DNA of 64,000 nt from Paraphysomonas bandaiensis (lineage: Eukaryota; Protista; Chrysophyceae). Shown in pieces: positions 40,697 through 54,723 of the stretch. Each line of letters starts with the position of its first letter. The first letter of the stretch is position 1. The notes below the pieces were generated by a model. That model saw only the letters and a list, made by a program, of their open reading frames with translations. It made no database searches and was not told the origin of the DNA. A program made the translations under genes and the position numbers. The stretch is from NCBI GenBank assembly GCA_965644295.1, contig CBFFRP010000431.1, positions 124,001-188,000 of the forward strand, in the 5' to 3' direction.

Positions 40697-41382
40697 ATTA
40701 TATATATGTATATATGTATGTATGTATGTAGCTGTGCGCTAGAATGCAGTCATGTAATGGAATGGAAAACAGGTCACTGGAGTGTAAGTGTTATGTTCAA
40801 AGAGGGGAATAGAACACTTTGATATGATTATTATTAAATGTGTAAGCTAATATTGATTACTAGTGACTATAAATACAAGTTATATACTTGTATGGAGATC
40901 TAGTATGAGACCTTAAGTATGATGAGTGGTATACAGGTACATTCACACCCTTGTGGCTGAAGATATTGACCTCACTATGTACTTCGACTTTCAGGAAGTG
41001 TACCTGGATACAATGCACAGGTACAGTACTTGAAAATATCAGATACATATAAAAGTCCACACGTACATATATGTATCTACTGCTGTAGATATCTTCTATA
41101 TCCATAGTAGGAAGCAAATATATATACAGCAGTACACAAGTACAGTTTAAATATATCAGTACATATATTTTAGGTACATCATTCATAACTCTGACTGAGT
41201 TTCATACCATAATATCAAGATAGGAGGTTCAATCCTCCATCAGGCACTCATATAAGTGAAGAGCACTATTGGAGATATTCTCTAATCTAAAATTTAGTTC
41301 TTATAACACACAAACAAAAGTGAAAGTAAACTATTTCATTGTATTGTATATACACACATATATCATCAGCGAATAGTTAAAC

Positions 41383-44300
41383 ATGGAGAATATTGCTTTT
41401 AATAGCGCTATGCATGACTTCACAGGCTCTCATAGACTAGAATCAGAAGATCCTAGATGGTCAACTTTATTCCAGTATCCAGAAACACTCATGTTAAAAG
41501 GAAATGAACCGATGTGGAAGTCATATTGTTCTCGATTACTCTCTAATAATATTACGACTGGGAATTTAATTACTTTATTGGAAAAAACTGTTAGTAAAAT
41601 CAGACAGGTGGTGATGAGTAGAAATAAAAGTGGAGCGTTGCAGCAGTGCTGTGTAGCAATGCATATAACTGGGCTAATTCTGCACAGCTTTATTTCACAA
41701 GTACACTCATCTGAGGTAAAGCATCTTCTTCTGTTACGATTAGGATTCAAACATCTGTATCTATGTCTATTGGATCGCTTACTGTGTATTACTAATATTG
41801 ATTTGATTTGTAGATGCGGCGTCAGTTAGGCTTGCCACAGAGCTACAATGCTTCAGTTGTATCCAGAGGGCCTAGGAACGCCAATTCAGTATCGTCTGAT
41901 CCGTTCGCCCACGGGGAGTGGGTGGTCCAAGAGCTTCTGGAGGAAATAGTGGAGCTTTTACATGCCAATGCGCACGTGTAAGTCTTTGGTTCCTGCTGCA
42001 TGGTATTTAGCATATATTTTTCTGTACACTATGACTGTTAGCGGGAGTGGACATGTCTGAGATATGTGTTAGTTTTTGACCTGCTACGTTTAATATTCTG
42101 CAATAGGACTTGGCTTTACGATGCGTTTTACTTCGCATGTAATTTGCTGTTGTGTATGTTGAGCTCTCAATTGTACATACCATCTGCACAAGGTCCTGAT
42201 GCACGAAGTGAGATGTCCAGAGACCCACAGCTGAATTATTGTCAACAGGAGTCTGAAGATAATATATTTATGAGCTACTTGTTCGTCATAGCTTCAGTTC
42301 AGATGAAGGTATGGGGTTGGTGCTGTTATATTTAGTTGTAGCGGATTCATCTCTTTCTTGATTAGTTTGACATCTTGTATATTTTTTGTTTATCTCCATG
42401 TAAATTTAGGATGCTCTTCATCGCCCAGATATTGCTAGTACAGATGCTCTTCCATGCAAGCTAATTAAGTCTCTTATAATGCACACAACTGCCGCGGCTT
42501 CAATCCCCTCGTCTCTTTCCATGAATCGCCTAGTTAACTTCAACCACAGGCTTTCGTCGAGTTCCTCTTCACAATTTAGTTCGATTCAATCCACCACTGA
42601 AGCTGAAGTTGAAGTGCGTCCCACCAATTCGATTTCAGTATCCAACAGTGCACTCTCCTCTGTTGGGGTGTGGAGCATCATTGGCTCTTGGATTAATATG
42701 CCCCTCAATGTGGTGAGGCATGTAGCTGCTTATTATTTGGATGATTATTGGATGTACGGATATTCATACCGGACAAATACCCCCCACTCAAAGCAAATTG
42801 CATCTCCAAATAATGCAGGGGGTAGTGTTGCCAGCAGTGATGTTTTGGCTGAGAGAGCATTGAGTGTTTTACACGTTTTAATTCAAAATAAACGGTGAGC
42901 TACATGTGGCTTATATATGCATTATTAAGGCAGTGCAATGGGAGTGCCTTTCGCACCAGCAAGACTTACTTGATGTAAATTCTCACGCGGCGTTTCTATA
43001 TTATTGTGTGTCCAGCATAAGTAGTGTAATATGTCTATTGTGAAGTGTCCTAGCGTATCTTTGTTTATGATTTGGTGCCCATTCTGAGATTTTGTGTTTT
43101 TAGATCTAGGCGCGTCGACAATTCTACGGTGCCGCATAACCCGTTTCGCCAGGCCTTCTGTATGCTTCACGACCAGAATATGGAAGCCGTGCTACATGAC
43201 GGAGATGAAGAGATGGGTGTTCGACAAGGTGCTGGAGAATTCAGGCTTCATGTTGATTTTAGAGAACTCACGAGAAGTTTAGCCAGGTGATGCCATGGAT
43301 TCCTGTGCGTAGTGTGTTTGTGTGTATTACCCCTATTTGGGCGTAGCATTAAAGTATTCCATATTACTTATGACGTGCATTGATAATCATGTGTATAGCC
43401 ACGTATCATCGGAGAATCATTCCATGTTGATCTACTCGTTACTACAGTCGCACCCGACTTACCTTCCATCTATAGCTGCGTCAGGTATGCGTTCTATTAT
43501 GATGAGTGATATGTGACGTGGCTTCACTATAGGTGCAGTTAAGCCGCTGTTGATAGCTCTTCTTGAGCAGCTATACAACATCAATGAAAATAGCTTATCA
43601 ACGACACGCGTTGATGCGTTGTACGTTGTAGTTATTAATATTCTTATGATAGTACAGGACTCATCGTTGAAGCCTGTCTTATGCAAGCTTCAGCTTGATA
43701 CACAGCTGAGTTGGTACAAAGAAAAGTGTCTATCCAATGTACGCCAAGTGTCTATCAAATGTATCTATTCTCAACACCATTTTAATGACTTTGTCACAGT
43801 CTTGTCCTTTTTTGTGATATATATAATTTTTTTTCCAGGTATCGATGGGCGACCTGGTCGTACTCTGCGTTCTCCGAGGCGCAGTGAACAGCATGTTTGC
43901 GATTAAGGACTCGTATTTGCTAACCAATACACTAGCTGTACTGATGGACATTGCCCCTTATTTGCAAAAAGTCCATTCGTATACGGCTGAGAGATTGGTG
44001 TCAGTTACTTACAGGTTCGTTAGCGACTGACAGAAGGCATGACGTATTACGTATATATTCTGCAGATTTGATGCAATAGTATATATATTGAAGTCGGTAT
44101 TTTTTATATTCTAATACCACCCTATAGGTTGTGCAAGCGATATAGTACTCTGATGAACAAAGTCAAATCTCATCGATTGAACCCTAAATTCCACCAGAAT
44201 AGTGTGACCCGGGACCCCCATGCGACGCTTGGCGAGCCCACACCTTCAACTTCAAAATCCAATGTCGAATCATCTAAGAATAATGAAATTGAGAAAGAGG

Positions 44301-45962
44301 AAGCAGAAGTAGTTATTGGAGCGAACTACCTTCCCTCTGCGGCGGAGTCAACGTAAGTGCGAAAACTATATATGAATATACTCTGTTCATACATGCTTCA
44401 CCTAAGTATTTATTACTTTTCAACTACTACCAGCTATTCGTTGTGTATATAGTCGAATATGCGTTGGTTTCAACGTGTTGGTATCCACCCCTAACGTGTG
44501 AATTTCGCAGTGAAGTGAACATATACAACGCAACATCAACAGAAGCCCAGTACTACAAATCACAGTCATCTGAATCGCAGTGGGAGGACTCGTCAGCCAA
44601 TAGATTGCAACGCATGGAAAGCTGTGGACAAGACTTGCCAGAAGACTTCGATTTTAGATTAGAAGTAATGGAGGAGACACTGTATGCACTCATACTTACC
44701 ATAGGGTGTGCTTTAAGGTAATTTGTTGGCATACCACGATATATATGTATTGCATTTGAAGCATGCTTGGTATGTGTGGGGGTGGTTGTTTTTTGTGGTT
44801 TTGCTCATATCTTCAGAATTATATATCAGCAAAATATGTTATTTGTGTATTTCGTACTTAAGATGTTGGGTTTTTATTCTCTGCTGATGTGTCGTTATGA
44901 TAACGATCACTATTGTATCAAGCAGAGGAACTCGTCGGAAGTCTAATATACATCTTGTGTATGCTCTGGCTCGGAAACACGACGCTGTGTGTGAAGCCCT
45001 TTCGAGCCCTGAGATATGTAGTCTATTCAACTGCGACACGAGAAATATATTTGTGGAAACTGTTAATAAAGATACGTCATTTGATCTGGAGAATTCGGAC
45101 GATGAGTCTACGATTACGACAAGTACTAAAACTGCTGAAGCTACCGACTCGAATACTGTTATGCAGAGAAATTGTAGTCCCGAGCCCAGAAAAGAAAGAA
45201 TGGATAGATACAATTCGCAGTTGAAAGCAAACAAGAGTATTTTGACATTAGCTGATATAGCGGCACTTACCAGGAGAACTGTAAGAGTGCTAGAGGAGTT
45301 TTCCAGTGGTAATGGCGGCGATAATTCTGGAATTCAAACAGCGGATGATGTAAGTCTGAATTGACTTCTATAAAGACTACAAGATATATAATAGTTGCTT
45401 TGTAGCTTTTAGTAATATAATAGCTCCTAATTGTTCAATGCACCATCGATAGTATATTTAGATTTATGGACTAAAGCATGTTATACTTGACAATAGTCGT
45501 GATGTCTACATCGCATGTTTTACGCTGTACTAATAGTACGTCTAACTGTTTTGTAGGCATTGCGAGTGTTGACTGAAAATATTGGCGACGATGGTACATG
45601 TTTACCTCCATTCAGTGCGACTGAAGAATGTGAATTGACGTTTCGTTATGAAGAGGGAGAGAATCCAGAGGCATTTTTTGTGCCATACATATGGGAAACT
45701 GCGGTTAGTATGTGCTGAATTTGATATTACGCAGAGTACTTGTCGCATATATATGCTTTGTGTGGTATTTAGGAGAGATTACAAACAAAGCCTTATTTGG
45801 GGCTTAATTATTAGTTGCCTTGACATCATTGATTACGTAACATTGGTTTGGGCAGGTGAGAAAGTGTGTGGATGTGGCTTGGGACACGGAGCGGATCTCG
45901 CTGTTCGACGTGTTTCCTTACGATTCGGCAGTAGAGCCTCCTGTAGAACAAAAAGATGGTGA
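41383..45962 (+). CDS. DYM: Dymeclin, many exons; 3' end approximate
   Basis: NPFRQAF, VDFREL, LIYSLLQ, LLEQLYN, LYVVVINILMIVQD, WYKEKCL..VSMGDLVVL, KDSYLLTNTLAVL..APY...HSYTAERLVS, NIHLVYAL and LTFRYEE.ENPEAFFVPYIWE are dymeclin blocks. Confidence 0.88.
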
Positions 45963-46647
45963 CTATGAGGACAGGAGCAATGTATCAGACATCGTTTGAG
46001 GGAACCGAGTTTTGCGTAGATAGATATATTGTCAGCTGTGTGCATATGTAAGAGGGAATGTAAAGTTAACGAATAGCTAATCACTATAGCCGATAAAATT
46101 CCAACTTCATAGTAGCAAAGGGTAAGTTCGACTATGTTTTTATGTCGCTAGTAACACTGCGTTCGGAGCGCACAAAGCACTTACAATGCGGACAATTTAA
46201 AAGCTTAATATATGATGCTCAAGTTATTCGTAATATTATTGTCAGCACATCTCACATCTCTACAATGGTTGAAATCTGCGCTTTACAAAGCCTTCAACAA
46301 ATCTTGTCGACATGAAATTATTTCACCGCCATCTGACTAAACGGTTACCAGGCCCTGGCCAGACTGGATTATTGAATGCAGAAATTGCTGGTACCATTTA
46401 CACTTTGCTTGCGTAGCTCAACGATTACATCATATGCCGTGCATGGTTCCGGATACCGTATTTTACACATCTACCCCAACGCAAAGAAAATATACGAAAC
46501 CATGACATAATTGTTACTGTATATATACTTAAAATATATCTAGATCGACATGTAAACATATACTCCAGTATGTTAAGTGTACTATTTTGACCGCTTTTCC
46601 TATAAACAATAGCAAAATAGTTAACATCAACAGATGCTGATCACATG

Positions 46648-49145
46648 TCACAACAATATAACCTTTATACTCTCGCGCAAGGATTTATATCTCCTAATGC
46701 ACTGCGATGTAGACTTTCCCTGAGTCGCTTTAGAAATTATCACACCACACACACAAGGCTTCACCTTGACCCCGCTTGAAATTGCCTGCCACCTCTCCGA
46801 TGCACTCATGCCTAACGACGTGGGATACAATTTTAAGCCAGCTTCTGCAGTTACATAATATAAGACACGCGATTAATGCAATTAACAGCATCAACCTAAT
46901 TGTTTTTGCTGTTCCACTGTCCAAAATTCATCTTCTCTTGTTTTATCTTCTCCATGCCCATCACAAGGATCACCAGATGGTTTCTCTTGAATGTTTCCGG
47001 AAGATGTTTCATCTCGCTTGCTTACATTAGATTTGGTAGAACTCAATTGGAAGCTGTTCTTCCTCAAGGCTTGATATTCACGGATGCACTCATCTTTAGT
47101 AAAGAGTTCGTTTGGAGCAAGCTAGCCACAAATAGATATGAGTATAGTTTCATAAGAATAATTTCGTTTCACACTACACCTGTTGATTCATGTGGTTGGC
47201 AATAATTTCCCAGCGTTGCCTCTGGCCAGGGGGGAATTTTTGCGCCGCCTAAACGAAGTAAACGCCACATCGTAGACACTACCAGATAGTATGTACCTTG
47301 GATAGTGCACCCATCTCTTTCGATGTCCACAGTCGATCTGCTACTATAGTGTCCTTTGCCTTTATGTCTGATGCGCCCGCACACAATGGCTCATTGTCGC
47401 ATGGTACTGGCGGATCACACACTACATCGTTTTCCAACGCAGGCGCAACTTCCGTACGACTACATTGTACAGCACCAAAATCACAAACGCAGGGAAAAGA
47501 AATTAAAGTGAAGTCACCTTGTTGTCTGCTGTTTCACTTCCACAGTTTTCAAGAGGTGGTCCATTAGCGCACGCGCGTCCACAACTAAGGCGGGGTCTTG
47601 ACTCGCAGATTCTAGTCTTTGCAACACGTCGATGTATTTCTCAACTACTCTCTTTAATACACTACCACTAAGATCGTATCATACATATTTTAGGTTGTAA
47701 CCTGGGTATTTATAGATAAACAAAATGCTTCTAAGAGTTCTTCTGAGATTGACTCTTCATCACCTATTTCCCCCCACTCAAGACTATGATCAGCAGGACC
47801 AGCTTCAACTTTTTTATCTCCTGGATCTTCGAATACACCACATTTTTTCTGTGTACTGTCGTCGATTCCAGCTGCTGCGAGAATAAGACTGTCCACGTGC
47901 ATATTTAAGAGTGAAAATAGTTCCCGACGCTTCACACGTATGCCTCTATTTTGTGAGCGAGTGACTGCTACCGGCTGATGGGGCTTAGGAATCACGGGGC
48001 CACGTCTATCCTTGACGGAACTCTGTGCATATCGGAATAGTCGCGGCAGATAAGCACAGAGAATAAGTGTTCCTAATGAAATACTATTAGTCGAAGGTTC
48101 ATTAATACGTAATTAGTATGACAATACACTTAACAACTATACCTATAATGGCAATTGTGGATAAAGGATTGTTTCTAATATCTTGTAAAGTCGTATCTTT
48201 TTCCCATGACCACAACTCGTCTTCGTCATCTCCTACGATACAATAACTTAAACCAGAGATCACATAGATATATACATTGCATACACATAAAATGATGCTA
48301 AGATGACAACGGCATGGTTCGAAGTGAACTTACCTGTCTGTTGGAAAAAAGCTCTGGCCTCCTCATATGTCCAATCATTTCTGCAAAAAATTAAAAATAC
48401 GAAAGCAATATCAAAATGAACAATTGTCACTTGTTTAACGACTACTAAAATGAGCTTATTACAAACTAGGCCACTTATAAAGCACACCAATATTGTACAC
48501 TAACCTGCTTTTCTCTCGAGGCCCAGAAGAGTCACGATGCTGCATGCTAACTAACCCAATCTAACATCATACGTATAGTCAATCCCGCTCTTTTGTGGGC
48601 GTAGTCATACCTTCTGATCAATCCATTCCCAGTTAAAATTATATTCATCAGGGTAGTCTAGTATATTATCGTGCATAAGGATGTAATCATATCGTTTTCG
48701 CTTCACCTTATATGAATAGTTACAAGTAGAAAATACTAAACATATCACATCACTTTTGTATCACTGAGAACTTCATATGCCTTTGCTAACCGAACAAAAT
48801 TTTCTTCTGCTTTTTTCTATAAATAATTTATATAAACATATGCATCATAAGTCTAGTTCTGTATAACCTTATCAGCTTCAGATGTTAACTGCAGCTTATC
48901 TATAAGACAGTATTAGATCCCTTATAAGATACATAGAGAGAGGTGTGTCTACCAGGATGTAATGATATCGCTAATTTACGATAAGCTTTTTTAATTTCTT
49001 TTGTAGTGGATGATTCAGATACACCGAGAACATGATAGTATGATCTCCCCCACATCTTCTCCCATTCAAATAAACCACTTGAATAAGTGAGATGATATAA
49101 TTGTAATGTTATTAATATTGTAAATAATGTGACGATATTCTTCAT
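46648..49145 (-). CDS. ER DnaJ protein with signal peptide, J domain, TM and C-terminal SANT/Myb domain (DNAJC1/ERdj1-like), multi-exon
   Basis: Hydrophobic N-terminus. YYHVLGV....[17 protein letters not shown]|DK (HPD split by an intron), [17 protein letters not shown]. Last exons [38 protein letters not shown] form a SANT domain. Confidence 0.75.
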
Positions 49146-49311
49146 AATGAATAGGATGATATATGGATAGTATGTTCACTGGTATGTATGTGTGTATATG
49201 TTCATAGTAGACTTACTAGAAGACACGAAGACACTGACTTGATTCTTTCAAACCATTTACCACTTCGACCAAATATTATTGGGACCAACCGAGTTCCTTC
49301 ACAAGCACTGG

Positions 49312-49763
49312 ATGTATGTACATGTATGTATGTATGTATGTATGTATGTATGTATGTATGTATGTATGTATGTATGTATGTATGTATGTATGTATGTATG
49401 TATGTATGTATGTATGTATGTATGTATGTATGTATGTATGTATGTATGTATGTATGTATGTATGTATGTATGTATGTATGTATGTATGTATGTATGTATG
49501 TATGTATGTATGTATGTATGTATGTATGTATGTATGTACAGTATGTATGTATGTATGTATGTATGTATGTATGTATGTATGTATGTATGTATGTATGTAT
49601 GTATGTATGTATGTATGTATGTATGTATGTATGTATGTATGTATGTATGTATGTATGTATGTATGTATGTATGTATGTATGTATGTATGTATGTATGTAT
49701 GTATGTATGTATGTATGTATGTATGTATGTATGTATGTATGTATGTATGTATGTATGTATGTA
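49312..49763. repeat. (TATG)n microsatellite, about 450 bp
   Basis: Near-perfect array, interrupted at about 49321 and 49539. Confidence 0.98.
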
Positions 49764-50024
49764 TACATGCAGGTCGTATGGTTGGGGTTTTTCGAGGGAT
49801 TTTCTGCGAATCTTAGTAAAAATTGAGTATTTCAATATAATATCAAGTAGAATTGGGAATCGGGGATTATATATATCTTAACCAATGGGAGAGTTGGAAT
49901 TCCCCTGTATGTTATTGGTCGTCAGTACAGTGGTTTTCTCCTAGATATTCTACGAGTATATATGCTCCATGGTCGTTGTGGAATATATAAGCTATAAAGT
50001 ATACATAGATAGAGACAATAGTTA

Positions 50025-52534
50025 ATGGAGACATCTGATTGCACCATGCAATCGAATCAGATGAAATTCCAGTCTATTCCTATCAAAGAATTCTGTTTAG
50101 GGGTCTTTTTAGTTTGTGGATTTTTATGTTTTTTGCCTTATTATTTGGATCGTACAGCAGACTATAGTGCATTCGATCCACAATCAAGATTCAATTGGAA
50201 AGAATATCGTTTCTTAATCCTTTCATCATCCTCTGCTGCTCTTCCGATGATGTTCGACACAGCACTTGATTATAACATACCATTCCATCAAGCTTTACCT
50301 CGGTGGACCATCGTACTTACACTGACCATTACGAATCTAATCCCGTTTTTCTATCTGAGACAGTTATCAGATTATTCAATTTCACTTGCTGTATGCTGTA
50401 TTTTTGCCAAAGCTATACTTGTTAAAGGTGCTCTTCTTAGTTACATTCTCCACGACGGTTGCAGTATGAGGACCGTGCGTGAGGTCCTGTTGATTTCTGT
50501 TTTTTATATTGCAGGATTATATGTCAAGCTTTGGAAAATATTTGATACGAATGGTGTAACTGTTTGGATGTTAACAGTGAGCAATATATGTACAGGTGTA
50601 TCTCAGTTGGTGTTATTTTTTATATGCGTTCGGCGATGTTATAGATGGCGATTTGGTAAACAGCCGTCGGGAGGGCTGCAAACTTTTTACGCAGTGTTGT
50701 CGTTTTGCGACACACTGATTAAGTATCTTGTGGTAATTTCCTTCAAGCAGCCAACATATATGGTTATTGTGGAGATCGGATTGTGTATACTGGCAACAAG
50801 TATTCCTGGACGTGAGGCGCGGCACCAACGGTCTATAGCAGAGGTACGGCTTGTAGTTACTTTCTTGTTCCTTACATTAAATTGTGACAGCATACCATTA
50901 AATCTAAACGAAACTTTGTGAGCTATATTTCGCATGAACTTCGCACCCCACTGAACATAGTGTATATGGGAATTCAGCTGCTTGCCGCTAATCTTAAGGA
51001 TTTCAAGGGTTTTGATACAGATGACACTCTCGATATTGTCAAAGATGTAGAGGGATCGTGTAGGGTTGCGATTGATATTTTAGATGACTTCTTGATGGTG
51101 AACAAAATTGAAGGCAATAATTTAGCTCTAGAAAGGGAATTGGTACCGGTTATGGATCTCTTACATTCCGTCGTAAACCCCTTCGATATACAGGTAGTGC
51201 AATGTGAATCGCGTATTTCACGATGTAATGAATTTCTGTGAGTATCTGCCTTGTAATTACATTAAGTATGGAATACAAACACTAATTTTATTCTGGTATT
51301 CAGGCTCGCCAAAATAATGTGAAATTCTTGCACTCTGGAAGCGGTCATATTGACCCTGCCATTCATGACACTATGGTAAATGTGGACATCTCCAAGTTTT
51401 CCCAGGTCATACGCAATCTTGTATCGAATTCCCTCAAGTTCACACCACCTGGTGGACAAGTGAACTTGTTTGCATATCTGAAATCAAAACCATCTGCTGG
51501 CAGTTCAGGATCCTTCAACTTTCCGATGGGATCTTTAATTGAGTGTGCAAGTAGTGGACATAATGGACGCATACTTGATGAAACAATTGCCGAATCTGGT
51601 GTGCGACGACTGAAGCGAAGCGGCGCGTGTGTACCTGACTGCTCCATTGTACGAATAGAAGTACATGACACGGGCCCTGGAATATCTCAGGTATATATAT
51701 ATTAACGTCGCCTAAATGCAACTGCTCATGCTCTAATTTCGCATGAATTAAATATATCTGCACAGGAGAATCAGAAGCGTCTCTTTACTGAAATTATTCA
51801 GTTTAATGCCAACAAGCTTCAGAACGGTGGTGGATCTGGTCTTGGCCTGTGGATATCAAACTCTATTATGAAGCTGCACGGTGGGTGCATTGGTGTCGAG
51901 TCAACGATGGGGAAAGGGTCCATGTTCTTCATTGAGATAGATGTTGCTTCGTATGGCACTGACCGCAGTCCACGACTCTCACCTTGCAATCAATGTTCAC
52001 AACGAAATAAATATAGATCCATTGTGGAAGTAGACTGCTCCGGGGTAGAAGGGGACTGGGTAACCTGTTTAAGTCAGGAGGGGGATTGTGAAGTTGGGGA
52101 CAAGCTTCTGGAGAGGGTGTTGATTGTTGATGACTCTTCTGTCAATCGTAAAATGCTCAGTCGCTTAATAGCTCCTAACGCGCGTCATATATTCCAAGCA
52201 GAAAATGGTAGTCAAGCTGTTGATATGGTCGCCAAAAGTAAGGATCAGTATGACTTAATATTCATGGACGTAAATATGCCTATAATGGGCGGAATAGAAG
52301 CTACGACTCGAATAAGAGAGATTGGGTGTAAATGCTATATTGTATTCCTTACAGGCAACGCGATGCCAGAAGATAGAGAATCATATGTAGCTGCCGGTGG
52401 AGACAATGTGCTCATTAAACCATGCAGCATCAACGATGTGGACAACATCGTTCAATGTATGTTCCTTTTGTTTTATTTTAAAACTTACTAACTCTCTTTT
52501 CACAGCTCTTTTGCGACGGAACTGCACGTCATGA
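50025..52534 (+). CDS. Membrane-bound hybrid sensor histidine kinase (TM region-HisKA-HATPase-REC), 5 exons
   Basis: H-box FVSYISHELRTPLN, N-box QVIRNLVSNSLKFT, G1 VHDTGPGIS, G2 GGGSGLGL. Receiver LIVDDS..DLIFMDVNMP..LTGNA..KP. Introns 50844-50890, 51194-51303, 51691-51765, about 52457-52505. Confidence 0.92.
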
Positions 52535-52999
52535 ATATTAATTATCTTTTTCTTATTACGACAATAGTACCATGAGCTGCGATTACGTTTTTAGTGTGAT
52601 CATATGTGTATATATTTTATGTAACTACACAACAACTAAATTATACGGATATCTCATGTGAACGACATGTAGATGTGTGGAACGTATGATTTAGTATATG
52701 ACAGTGTTTATATCACTAAGTCGTAGCATATATATTCACCTTTCGATGGTGATTTTGTTGTCATATTGTTTGTTGCTATACAAACAAATGTTTCCTGACA
52801 CATTGAAATAATAATTTAATGAATATAAAAACTCTTAGCTACAAATAGGTAGGATAAGATGATAAAAAAAGAAAACTAAGTTTCATGTGTGACGTACCGG
52901 CATTGTAATCATTGAAAGGGCAGATGGTTAGATTATTTCAAACTTGGTACCTGATATCTGTTTGATCACGTGATACAATGTACGAAATACGTCGTGACA

Positions 53000-54723
53000 A
53001 AGTGTATTGGGTACTACAAGCGGAAATGATATCATGCCAACACAATGTATATAAGAATGTCTGATTATTACATCAGAACGGTCGCGTACAGAAACTAGTT
53101 TTAAATCTATAGACTATAACTAATAACTGGACTTGCGCTTTACTACCAGTGGCGGGCAACCGTCTCGGGACAGCTTGTGCATCGCTGTGAGCACCATGGT
53201 GCAACCGTCCCTTGTAATGAGGTTAGTCGGGGGGCCTACCTTTTTCGGCAATGTGTCTGGCGGGCCTGTACCATGGGTTATGTGAGGAGTGAATGGGGCG
53301 AGATGCAGATGAGAGTGTAAGTCGGTGGTGGAGATGATTCTGGCCACAAGTAAGGAGGAGTTGTTTCCGGAGTGGTTGCGCTTGCCTCTGTCGGGTTCGG
53401 GCTCTTGTAAAGGATAGAATTCTAGGGGTGGATGTCGCCTGGCGTAGCTGGAGTATATTTGGTGTCGGGTGAGTATCCTGGGACCGTTGCTGTAAAGTGT
53501 GTCGGTGTCGTGACCGGTGTTACTGGTGTTGTGTCTGCGTTGTGGTGTCAGAATCCCCTATTTCGAAACATGCGGATCCCTCCATTTTATAGAGGGAGCA
53601 GGATAGAGGTGATGGATTTTTCGAAGGCGTGGAATGCCATAAAGGTAAATCAAGTTAGATGTATGTGCTGATGGCAATAATTGTATATGATTGCAGTCTA
53701 AAAAGCCGACATACTTTCCTCAGAGTCGCGTACATCGCCGCCTTCGAGATGGTGGATAAGGAAAGCACGGGGTTTTTGTAAACCCTAATCTTTTCTGTCG
53801 TATATACTCAATGGTATGGTATTTCCACTCAACTACACGAAGACTTCAGATGTATGATGGGAAATGTGTAAGCGCATATATTCATTTTTAATTTTCTAAT
53901 GAGATTTTGGGACGGAATATGCATCAACCGAACTAAAGAAAATGTGGCAATCAGCTCTGACAACCTGCAAGTCCCAAGATATCGATAAAAGTGGGTTTTT
54001 GTTTCCCGGGCTAATATTTATATTCATTAAAGGTTTAGAGACTTATCTGGGCAAAGCTATGAACAGCGAGGCTATTAACTCCTTTGCCAACACATACCTA
54101 ATGGGAGGTTATGTTGACTATCATACATGTTTTCGCATTTACCTGAACAATGTGATGAACGCTGGGAATTCAACTACTGCAAAAGTACGTTTCAGGTGGC
54201 CCTGTTGTGACAACATCTCATAAGGTTGGTGCGACTCATTCATGGGATTTCAAATATTCTAAACCTCTTCTGGACACGAGCATAATATCGGCTATTCAAC
54301 CTAGTTTTTAAACAGCATAGAGAAGCCACTACACTGGAAGCGGGAGTGCAAGCAGCCGCTATTATCGAGACCATCTACTTTGGCTTCGACATTCCTTGAT
54401 TCTTCTATTGGATTTAAAAAGACTTCTCCAGCTGAATTTTCTTTAAACAATTACGAGCCCAAAATAATTGCTGTGGCACGCAAGGTGGCCGCACATCCGC
54501 AGTACTTGCATTTCAAGAATAAACTCAAGCGGGCCCAACTCGTGAACCACAAAGGATGTGCATCGGTTAGGAACTTCAATGCAATACTTGCGATGCATAA
54601 CATAGAGTTGTCTAAAAACACAAAACTGCAATCATGCGGGTGTTTCGAACGAAGGGAATGGCAAACACAGTTTCATTCGAAGAGTTTATAGACGTATATT
54701 CTGTGCAGCGGCCGGGCATATAA
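53000..54723 (+). pseudogene. Disrupted EF-hand-like protein gene
   Basis: EF-hand-like segments AFEMVDKESTGF/VNPNLF, QDIDKSGFL, GGYVDYHTCF and TVSFEEF lie in different frames, with frameshifts near 53775 and 54620. Interrupted by the GC-rich insertion 53105-53635. Confidence 0.5.
53105..53635 (-). mobile_element. GC-rich insertion, probable 5'-truncated non-LTR retrotransposon 3' end
   Basis: Abrupt GC rise against AT-rich flanks. The minus strand is C/A-rich with decayed Pro/Thr-rich coding (THGTGPPDT) and ends in short ttag/tag-rich repeats. It sits inside an exon-like segment. Confidence 0.45.

Noticed and set aside
49188-49881. MYVC/YIHT repeat ORFs
   Set aside because: Translations of the (TATG)n microsatellite.
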